A stretch of 64,000 bases of DNA, taken from positions 7,440,001 through 7,504,000 of the forward strand of contig CM069133.1 of the NCBI GenBank assembly GCA_035221665.1. Direction: 5' to 3'. The stretch is from Okamejei kenojei (taxonomy: Eukaryota). Both the position numbers and the translations under genes were made by a program. Below, one piece after another: positions 49,869 to 61,200 of this stretch (position 1 is the first letter of the stretch; each line of letters opens with the position of its first letter). The notes beneath the pieces are model-generated. The model made no database searches, was not told the DNA's origin, and saw nothing but the letters and a program-made list of their open reading frames with translations.

Positions 49869-51445
49869 CCATCTGTCTCATAGAACCCATAGAAACATAG
49901 CAAATAGGTGCAGGAGGAGGCCATTCGGCCCTTCGAGCCAGAACCGCCATTCATTGTGATCAAGGCTGATTGCCCCTATCAATAACCCGTGCCTGCCTTC
50001 TCCCCATATCCCTTGACTTCACTAGCCCATAGAGCTCTATCCAACTCTCTCTTAATCCAGGATTTTGGCCTCACTGCCCTGTGCGGCAGGGGGGGAATTC
50101 CATAAATTCACAACTCTCTGGGTGAAAAAGTTTTTTCTCACCTCAGTCTTAAATTCAACCTCCCTCCCCTTTATTCTAAGACTGTGGCCCCTGGTTCTGG
50201 ACTCACCTAACATTGCGAACATTTTCCTGCATCTAGCTTGACCAGTCCTTTAATATTTTTTATATGTTTCTAAAGACGACATCCTTCTAAACGCCGGAGA
50301 GTGAACCCCCTCCGCCACACTAGCCTAGTCTTTTCAATCCCCCCCTTCCCCCCCAATCCTCATATACAGTCCGCCATCCCAGCGATCAATCTCGCGAACC
50401 TATGCTGCACTGGCCTCAATCACAAGGATGTCCTTCCTTAAATTAGGAGAGCAAAACTGTACACAATACACCAGATGTGGTATCACCAGAGCCCTATACA
50501 ACTGGCAGAAGAACCTATGCTCCTATACTGAAATCCTTCTTGTTGTGAAGGCCAACATTCCATTAGCTTTTGCTTCACTGCCTGCTGGTACCTGCACACC
50601 AACTTCAGTGACCGGTGTACCCGAAAGGACAAGGACACCCAGGTCTCGCTGTACCTCCCCCTTACCTAATCTAACCCCATTGAGATAATAATCTTCCCCC
50701 TTGTTTTTGCCGCCGAGTGGATAAACCTCACATTTATCTATATTATACTGCATCTGCCACGCATCTGCCCACTCACTCAACCTGTCTAGGTCACCCTGCA
50801 ACCTCTTAATATCCTCTTCACAGTTCACACTGCCACCCAGCTTTGTGTCATCTGCAAACTTGCTAGTGTTGCTCCTAATTCCCTCTTCCAAATCATTAAT
50901 AATATATAACAGTTGCGGCCCCAACACCGAGCCTTACGACACTTCACTTCGCCACTGCTGCCATTCTGAAAAGGACTCGTTCACTCCTACTCTTTGCTTC
51001 TAGGTCTCCAACCAATTTTCTATCCATGTCACCACCCTACCCCCAATACCATGTGCTCTAATTTTAGTCACCAGTCTCCTGTGCAGGGGACCTTATCAAA
51101 GGCTTTTCCGAAAGTCTAGATACACCACATCCTTTTACTTGTCACATCCTCAAAAAATTCCAGGAGAATTAGTCAAGCATGATTTCCGTTTCATAAATCC
51201 ATGTTGACGGACTAATCCTTTTACTGCTATCCAAATGCCCCATTATTACCTCTTTCATAATTGACTCCAGCATCATTTCCCTCCACCGGTCAGGCTAACT
51301 GGTCTGTAATTCCACGTTTTCTCTCTCGCTCCTTTCTTGAAAAGTGAGATAACATTAGCTATCCTCCAATCCACAGGAACTGATCCTGAATATATTGAAC
51401 ATTGGAAAATAATCACCAATGTGTCCAGTTTCTAGAGCCAGTTTC
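49869..51445 (-). mobile_element. CR1-family LINE, 5'-truncated (plus a short duplicate fragment at ~51715-51852)
   Basis: (CATAGAAA)n tail; [13 protein letters not shown] motif; colinear with the copy at 244-1530. Confidence 0.88.
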
Positions 51446-52219
51446 TCTACAACCTTAGAAACAGAAACATACTAGCTCTAGTTCCAGGTCCGGCTCCACT
51501 AGCTCAAGCTCCATCTTCAGCTCCATCCACAGTCATTGTCTACAGCACCATCTCCATTTCTTGCTCTATCTCCAGCTCAGCTCCAGGTCTCCATCTCCAA
51601 CAGTATCTCCAGCTCCATCTCTAGTATAAACAGTTATAAAACAATAAACTATCATAACACACCATAATAGACGACACTGTGACTATTTTAGGTATTGAGC
51701 TATATAAGCGTCGTCTACTGGTCAGTAATTCCCCTGATATGTTTTCTCTCTCGCTCCTTTCTTAAAGTGGGATAACATTAGCTATCCTCCAATCCACAGG
51801 AACTGTTCCTGAATCTATTGAACATTGGAAAATGATCACTAATGCGTCCACTGTTATAGGTATAATTTTATATCTTATGATATAGTGTTATACTGTATTA
51901 GAAAGCATTATATTGTAATGTTATAATCTAGTATGTGTGTTATCGTATTATGTATTATAGTATCAGTGTGTTATCTATTATGTATTATAATGTTAATGTT
52001 TAGTATTATAGTGTTTTAATGTTTATAGTGCATTATAAAGTATTTATATTGTTAGTTTTACAGTATATTTAAGTTGATATAGTATTATAGTATTAGTGCA
52101 TAGTGTATCATTTTCCATAGTTCAATCACTATATCTATCCATCTATATTTATCTTTAACAATCTTTAACATATCTATATATGTATCTCTTTCTCTATCTC
52201 TATATCTATCTTGATACCT

Positions 52220-55200
52220 ATCATCTCCCTATACATCTCAGCTGTCCATCTCCAGTTTCTCCATCTCCGCTCTGCCCATCTCCAGATTTCTCATCTCCAG
52301 CTCTTGCCATTCCAGCACTCATCTCAGTCCAATTTTGGCGGAGCTTCAGTCCATCCAACTCCCCCGGTCCATCTGCAAGCTCCTCTCTCCATCTCCATCT
52401 CCAGCTATATATCTCCAATGGCTCCACTCTAGCTCCCCCCCGCTTCATTCCATCCAGTTCCATCTCTCCATCTCCAGCTCCAGCCTCTAGCTCCAGTTGT
52501 ATCGCCAGTTCTCTAAGCTTCTATCTCTCCAGGTCCAGCTCCTACAAAGCGATCCATCTCCACTTCAGCTCCATCTCCAAGCTCTATTGCTAGCACCATC
52601 TCTATCTCCATCTCACTCAAGCTCCATCTCCAACTGTATATGCCAGCTCTAGCTCTGGTTGCCATCCCCATCTCTAGCTACTCCATCTTCAGCTCTAGCC
52701 CGAGCTCATCTCCAGCTCTAGCTCTTGCTCCATCTCCACCTCCAACTTCCCCCAACTTTAGCTGCCGTTCCATATCCAGCTCCATCTCTAGCACTAGCTC
52801 CATCTCGTGTTCCATTTTCCCTTGGCATCTGTCCCATCTCCCACTCCATTCCAGCTCCAGCCCCTGCATTCCATCACAAAGCTCCATCAACGGCTCCATC
52901 TCTATCTCTAACTTCAAACCTCCAACTCCTCTCCAGTATCCATCTCCAGCTCCAGGTAACCTCCGCTCCATCTCATGGCTCCATCTCCCAGCAGTCTTCA
53001 TCTCCACTCCACCTCCATCTGAAGCTCTAGCTCCATCAGCAGCTCCAGCTCCAACCCACCAACTAGCTCAATCCAGCTCTAGCTCTATGCTTTCTCCATC
53101 TCCAGTTCTAGATCCATCACCAGTCAGATCCACACCACTCCAATCTCTACTAGCCTCCATCTTCTTCTGCTCTATCTCCAGCTTCCATACTTCAGCCACA
53201 AGCTCTCTAGCCCCAGCTCAAGCTCCAGCTCCATCTCCCGCACAGCTCTAAGCTCTAGCCCCATCTCCAGCTCCATCTCCAATAGCAGCTCCATTTCCAA
53301 CTACTAGCTCCATCTCAATCTATAGTTCTAGCTCCATCTCCAGCTCTGAACTAACTCCATCTCGCATTTCCAGCTTCAGCTCCATCTCCAGCTCTCATCT
53401 CCACCTCTACATCCAAATCCAGCTCCAATTCTAGCTCTCTAGCTCTAGCTCCATCACCAGCTCCATCTCTTCCACTCTCAGTCTCCAGCTCAACTCCGTC
53501 ACACCTCAAATCTCCATCTCCAGCTCAAGCTCCGCTACCGATACCTAACCCTCTACTACTATCTCCATACTCCAGCTCAAGGCTCCATCTCCAATTCCAG
53601 TTTCAACTGCATCTCCAGCTCCAGCGGCCATCTCCACTTCTCACCATCTCCAGCACCAACTCTAGCTCCTTCTGCAGCTCCATCTCTAGTTCCATCTTCC
53701 AGCTCCTTCTATTCCACATAAAGTTCCATCTTTTTTACTACCTTCTCCTTGACTACTCCTAACTCCTCTCCCAGTTCCAGCTCCCCCCACTCTAGCTCTA
53801 CTCCTATCTACGCCTTCTAAATCTCTCTTCTCTAAACACTCTTCTTATATCTTCTTAACTACTCTACTTTATCTTCCTTAGCCCAGTCTCCGAAAGCTCC
53901 AGCACTAGCTCCAGCTCCATGCCATCTCCAGCTCCAGCACCCACACCAGCAACCCTACCTCTATCTCCAGCTCTAGCTCTAGCTCCATCTTCAGCTGTAT
54001 TAGCTGATCTCAATCTCCAATTCCAGCTCTCCTGCTCCATCTTCAGCTACATCTCCAGCTGTACAAGCTAGAGCACACCATCCTCTAGCTCCATCTCCAG
54101 CTACAATCCTCCAGCTCAGCTGCACAAGCTAGAGCAACCATCTTCACCTCCAATCCAGCACGTTTCCAGCTCTAGCTCTAACTCTATCATCTATCTCTAG
54201 CTGCAACTCAAGCTCAAGCTCAAACTCAAACCCAGCTTAATCACCGCTTTACAGCAGCTCCACCTCCAGCCTAGCTCCATCTCATCTCAGCTGTATCTGG
54301 CGGAATCTCAATCCCAATCCATCCTGCTGCTCCCATCTCCAGCGCCCCTCCGGTCCACTCCATCTCCAGGTCTAGTTCAGCTCCCTCTTCAGCTCCAGCT
54401 CAATGATTGCTGGAATCGCCATCCTCCATGTCTAGCTCCATCTACAAGCTCCATCTTCCAAGCTCCATCTGCACTCTATCTTCAGATCACTTCCAGCTCT
54501 ATCTTTAACTCCACCTCAGATCAGCTCTCACTCATCCCAGCTCTATCTCCACTGTAAACTAAAGCTCAATTTCCATTCCAGTTCTAGCTCCAGCTTCCAG
54601 CCCAACTCTAGCTCTAGCTCTACCGTCCACTCCATCTCCAACTCCAGCTCTATCTCCAGCTCAATTTCCAGCTCTAACTCTTGGTCAAACACAAGTTCAA
54701 GCTTCCTCTCTGGCTTTATCTGCAGCTCTAGCTCTAGCTCCCTCCAGCTCCAGTTCTAGCTCCATCTACAGCTCCATCTCCATCTCTAGCTCCATCTCCA
54801 TTTCCAGTTCCAGCTCTAGCACTATCTCCAGCTCAATCGTCAGCTCTAGCTCTCGTTCCATCTCCAGCTCCAGCTCTAGCTACATCCCCAGCTCAATCTC
54901 CAGCCCTAACTTTAGCTCCATCTCAGATCTAGCTTTACGAGCTGTACTGGCTACAGCTCCATCTCCAGTTCCATCTCCAGCTTCACCTCCAGCTCTAGCT
55001 CCAGCGCCAATTCTAGCTCCAGTACTAGCCCTAGCTCAATCTCCAGCTCCATCTCCATATCTAGATTTAGCTCCAAATCCTGCTCCACATTTAGCTCCAT
55101 CGCCAGCACTCTCCAGCACCCACCAGTTCTAGCTTCAGCTCCAGCTCCAGCTCCAGCTCTAGCTCCAGCTCCAGCTCCATCTCCAGCTCCATCTCCAGCG

Positions 55201-58200
55201 CATCTCCAGCTCATCTCCAGCTCCAATTCCATCTCGAGCTCCATGTCCACCTCTATCTCCAGCTCCAGGTCCATCCCGAGCTCCATCTCAAGCTCTAGCT
55301 CCATCTCCATCTCCAGTTTCATCTCCATCTCCAGCACCTGCTCCATCTCCATCTCCATCTCCAACTCCGACTCTACCTCCGTCTCCAGCTCCATTTCTAG
55401 CTCACTCCAGCTCCGCCAGCTCTAGCTTTAGCTCCATCTTAGCTCCGCTCTAGCGCCATCTTCCCATCTCAATCGAGCTCCAGCTCTAGCTCCATTTCAC
55501 TCACCATTACCCTGCCCACTCCAGCTCCCAACTCTAGCTCCATCTCCAGCTCTTACCAGCTCAATCCAGCTCTAGTTTAGAGCTCCATCTCCTGCTCAGA
55601 TCAGCTACATCTCAGCTCCATTCTAGCTCTCCATCTCCACCCATCTTCCATCTCCAGCTCCAGCTGCACCTCCATCTCGAATCGCAGCTCCACACTAGCG
55701 CGATGTCATGCTCCATACTCCAGCTCAATCTCCAGCTCCAGGTCTTCATCGCTTCCATCTCCAGCGCCCAGCGCCCACTCAATCCCAGCTCCATCTCCCA
55801 TGTCCAGCTCCAGTCTCCACTCCATCCATCTCCAGCGCCAGCTGTAGCTCATTCACCAGTTCTAAGCGCATCCGCAGCTCCATATTCAGCTCTATCTCCA
55901 GCTCTAGCTCTATCTCCATCTCCACCTAAAGCTTTAGTTCCACCTCCATCTCCAGCTCCATCTCCATCTATAGCTAAATCCCCATTCCCAGCTCCAGCTC
56001 CATCTCCATCTATAGCTAAATCCCCATTCCCAGCTCCAGCTCCATCTCCAACACTAGCTCCAGCTCCATCTTTAGCTCCATCTCCAGCTCAATTTTCCTG
56101 CTCTAGCTCCACTTCTCTCCAGCTCCCTTTAGCTTCTCTCTGCTCCAGCACCTATCTTCCAGCGCCAGCTTCACTTTATTCCATCTCCAGCTCTAGCCCA
56201 CTGCATCCATCCCAGCTCCATCTCCAGCTCAGCTTTAGGTCCATCTCCCCCAGCTGAAGCAACCACTTGTCATCTCCAGATCCAGTCCAGCTCTAGGTCC
56301 CAGCCCAATCTCCTACTCCATCGGTAAACCTCCATCACCACTACATCCTCCAGCTCTAGAGTCTACTCCATCCCCAGCTCAATATTCAGCACAATCTCCC
56401 ATTCTAGCTCTACTCCATCTAAACTCTAGTTCCAGCTCCAAACCCCCACGCCTTCTCCAGCTCCATCTCCAGCTTCTACTAAAGCTCCATCTCCAGCTCT
56501 AGCTTCAAACTCCAGCTCCATCCCAGCTGAGCTTTAGCTCCATCTCCAGCTCCCAGCTCTAGTTCCATCTCCACTCCATTTTCCAGCTCAATTCTAGCTC
56601 CATCTCTAGCTCATGCTCCATTTTCCACTCAAGCTAGTCTACTCCATCTCCACTGAATTCGTCAGGTCTGCTTCTAGCTCCTCCGTCTCCAGCACCAGCT
56701 CTTCCTCCATCTCCACTTAGTCCGATCTCCATCTCCAGGTTCATCTCCAGCTCATTCGCCAGTTCTAGCTCCAGCTCCATTTCAGCTTCTCAGCTCTAGC
56801 TCTCAACTCCATCTCCATCTCCACCTATCTCCAGCTCCTCCAGCTTTAATCTTTAGCTGCATCTCCCAGCTCCTCTCCAGCTGTATCTTCTAGCGCAATC
56901 TCCGCAGCATTTTGGGGCTCTACAGCTCTAGCTCCATCTGGCAGCTCTATCTTCAGATCACTCCTGCTCTACTTTAACTCCACTCCTCCAGCTCTAGCTC
57001 TCACTCAATCTTCCAGCTCTATCTCCAGCTGTAGCTAAAGCTCATTTCCAAGTTCCAGTTCTACCCAGCTCCAGCTCCAAAATCTACCTTTCCCCACGAG
57101 CTCATACTCTACCCCTAGCCCATCTCCAACGTCCATCTCCAGCCAATTTCTAAGCTTAACTCTTGGTCAAACACAAGTTTGGGAAGCTCCCTCTCTGGCT
57201 TTTATCTGCAGCTCTTAGCCGAACCCTCCAGCTCCAGTTCAGCTCGAATCTACAAGCCTCCAATCTCCATCTCAGAGCTCCATCTCCATTTCCAGTTCCA
57301 GCTCTAGCACTATCTCCAGATCAAAATCGTCAGCTTCTAGCTCTCGTTTCCATCTCCAGCTCCAGCCTCTAGCTACAATCCCCAGCTCAATCTCCAGGCC
57401 CAATTTTAGCTCCATCTCAGATCTAGCTTTTAGCTAGCTCCGTCACCAATGCCAGCTCAAACGTCCATCTCCAGCTCTAGCTTTACGAGCTGTACTGGCT
57501 AACTGCCCAATCTCCAGTTCATCTCCAGCTTTCACCTCAGCTCCTAAGCTTCCAGCGCCAATTCTAGCTACTGTTACTAGCCCTAGCTCAATCTCCAGCT
57601 CCATCTCATATCAGAAATTTAGACTCCAAATCCTGCTCCACCAGTTAGCCCTTCGCCAGCAACTCTCCAGCACACCACCTAGCTCTAGCTTTTAGCTCCA
57701 GCTCCAGCTCATCTTCCAGCTCTAGCTCCAGCTCCATCTCCAGCTCCATTCTCCACGCCATCTCCAGCCCATCTCCAGCTCCAATTCCATTTCGAGCTCC
57801 ATGTCCACCTCTATCTCCAGCTCCAGGTCCATCCCGAGCTCCATCTCAAGCTCTAGCTCCATCTCCATCTCCAGTTTCATCTCCATCTCCAGCACCTGCT
57901 CCATCTCCATCTCCATCTCCAACTCCGACTCTACCTCCGTCTCCAGCTCCATTTCTAGCTCACTCCAGCTCCGCCAGCTCTAGCTTTAGCTCCATCTTTA
58001 GCTCCAGCTCTAGCTCCATCTTCATCTCAATCGCAGCTCCAGCTCTAGCTCCATTTCAATCACCATTCCCTGACCCAGCTCCAGCTCCAACTCTAGCTCC
58101 ATCTCCAGCTCTATAGCCAGCTCCATCCAGCTCTAGTTTAGCTCCATCTCCAGCTCTAGATCAGCTCCAGCTCTAGATCAGGCTCGAGCAGCCCACATCT

Positions 58201-61200
58201 CCATCAGCTCCACCTCAATCTCGATCGCCAGCTCAACCCAAACTTCCTAGCTCGATGTCATGCTCCAACTCCAGCTCCATCTCCAGCTCCAGGTCCATCG
58301 GCTCAAGCAGCTCCAGCCTAGTGTTAGCTCCACTCTCTCCATCATCTCCCATCTCAGCTCCATCTCCAGCTCTCCATCTCCATCTCAGCGCCAGCTCCAC
58401 ATCTCGAGCGCCAGCTCTCATACTCACAGACAGCAGGTCGTCATCGGCGCCATTCTAGCGGCATCCGCAGCGCCTCTCCAGGCTCTATCTCTCCAGCTCT
58501 AGCCTCCCATCTCCAGCTTCCAACTCTCCAGCTCTCAAAGCTGTAGCTCCAAACATTCGCCAGCTAAGAGATACGCCTAATTGAGACCAGGGGGGGCGGC
58601 AAATCCGCAAGCACCAAAATATTCAGCTCAAAAATTCTCAGCTCCATCTATAGCTAAGCATCTAAATCTTTTACTTCTACTACTCAGTCTCTCTATCTCC
58701 AGCTCTTCGCTCTCTTCAATCTATCTCTCACTCCATTAAAATATATAAATATCTCCAACCATAAAGCTTTAGGGTGTTCCACCTCCATCACCCCCCTCAA
58801 GCCACCTCTATAGCAAAAAGCTTTTGTTCCCCCACCCGCCAGCTCCAGACCCATCTCGCTTCTATTAGCTAAATCCCACATTCCCCAGCTCCAGCTCCAT
58901 CTTGTCAACATCTTTTCCTAGTATCCCAAAAAATAAAAAAAAAGGAAAAAAAAAAAAAAAAAAAACAAACACAACACCGAGCTCCAGCCTCAAATCCTAG
59001 ACTCTACCCATCTCCAGCTCAATTTCCTAGCTCCCGTTATCTCCATCTCCAGCTCATCCCCAATTTCCTGACGTAGCTCCAACAGCTCCAGCGCCCTTTA
59101 GCTTCTGCTTCTGCTCCAGCTCCATCTTCAGCGGCCAGCTTCAGCTTTAGTTTTCCCATCCATCTTCTCCACCAGCTCCCCCCTCTAGCTCTATATAAAG
59201 TGCATTCCACCTACCAATCTCCAGCTCCATTTTCTCCAGCTCAGGCTTTAGGTCCAAATTCTTCCTCTCCAGCTGCAGCAACCAGCTTTCTCCATCTCCA
59301 GCTTCTCACACCCCATGTCCAGCTCTAGGAGGCCCAGCCCCCATCTTTTCTCCGTACTCTAGCTGTACCTCCCACCCACATCACCAGCTATCTTCTCCAG
59401 CTCTTGAGTCTAGCGCTCCATCCCCAAAAAAAGCTCATATTCAGCAGATCTTATATCCAAGAGAGCACTATCTCCATTCGAAAGCTATTGTTCTAAAGCT
59501 CCTACCCCCCGCTCCATCGCGCCAGCTCCAGTTTTTCCAGCTCTACCCCGAAGCTCCATCTCCAGCTCTAGCTCCAACGCCAGCTCCATCTCCTGCTGCT
59601 TTCCCAGCGGGGAGTTTAGCTAAGCTCCATCTCCTGCTCCAGCTCTAGGGAAGAAAGTTCCATCTCACCAGCTCCATGTCAGCTGTAAAGACTTTCTAGC
59701 ACCAATCTCCCATCTCTAGCCTCTAGTTTCCATCCAGCATCCATTTCCTGGCCTAAGCACCAGCGTTCGTCTGCTTGTAGCGCGCCCTGGTCTGGCTAGC
59801 GTGTCCGCGGCCTCAGCACTGCATGCTCCATTTTCCCTCCCACTCCCCTGGCGTGCACCCGCCCTTAGTTTCACCGGGGCAGCTTGCGGCATCTCCAGGC
59901 GAGCTAGCTCCACTGCTGCCAATTTTCGGGCTGGCCTGCGCGTGCGCGAATCGCCTGAGCCATCTCCCTCATATCTCCAGCTCCCGCCAGCTGGAGTCGT
60001 TAGCTTCCATCTCCTGCGCCTTGCTCCAGCTGTATCTCTAGCTCAATCGCCAGCGTCCTTCTACTGCTCTAGGCTCTATTTCCAGCGCCGTTCCAGCGGG
60101 AGCTCCGTCCTCCTCATATCCCATTCGCCATCTCCAAGCGCTAGCGCCAGCTCATTCTCCAGGTTCAACTGCTGCGCCAGTCCAGTGGCCTTCTCCAGCT
60201 CCATGCACCAACTGCTATGCGCCTGCTGCAGTGCTCCTGCGCGTGTTCCAGCGCCTAGCTACGTGTATCCTTACTCCTTCTCCAAGGGTTCCAGCTCCCC
60301 CCACTCTAGCCTCTTTATCGCCTTCAGGGCCCCCATTCGCCACAGCGCCAGCTCTAGCTTCCAGCGCCAGTGCCAGCTCCAGCTCCTGCTCCAGCTCCAG
60401 CACCAGCTCTGCGCTCGAGATCCCATCCGTGTGCGCCTGCTCTTAGCTCCAGCTCAGTCTCTATTCGCCAGCTCCAGTGTAGGCGCTGTGTCATGCTCGA
60501 GCCCACTCCAGCTCAGCGCTGTGCGCCTGCGGTCGCATGCGCGGGGGGGATTCGACCTGCTGGGTACTGGTGAGATCTGGGAAGCCTGCGCCTCGCCTTA
60601 GCCAAGACTGCGCGAGACGGGTGCGTATGGCGCCCTACTGACGCCTGCATCCTGCACCATGCCGCGACCGCGTGCGCCTGGCGTGCGCATGAGGCTGCGG
60701 GTGCGGGATGTGCGGGTGCGAATGCGCAAGGGCTGCGCCCGGCTCCAGCTTCAGCTGACAGTCTACCTATGCTGTACAAAGGTGAAGCACCATCTCTAGC
60801 TCCATCTCCAGCTACATCTCACGCGTGCACTAAGCTAGGAGCCCGCGCATCTCCACCTTCCATTTGCACTGCTCTGTGTCCTGCGCTCGTGCCTCCTCAC
60901 TCTAGCCGCTTTCTCTAACTCTTATAGCTGCAACTCAAGCTCTAGGCGCTCTCAACTCAAACTACCGCAAGCTTATTCTCCGGCTTTATCTGCAGCTGTG
61001 CCAGCTTGCCGCAGCGGGCTCTCCCAGCTGCGCCTGCCATGCAACGGCTGCCGGGGCGGCCATCTTTCAGCTGTACTGGAGCTTGAGAATGGCCTGAGGG
61101 AATCTCCAATTCCCATGCGCCTGGCCTGCTCCAGGGGGGGTCGCCAGCGCCTGCCATCTCCGGGGGAGTGGGCGTGCACTCCATCCCAGTTCTAGTTCTA

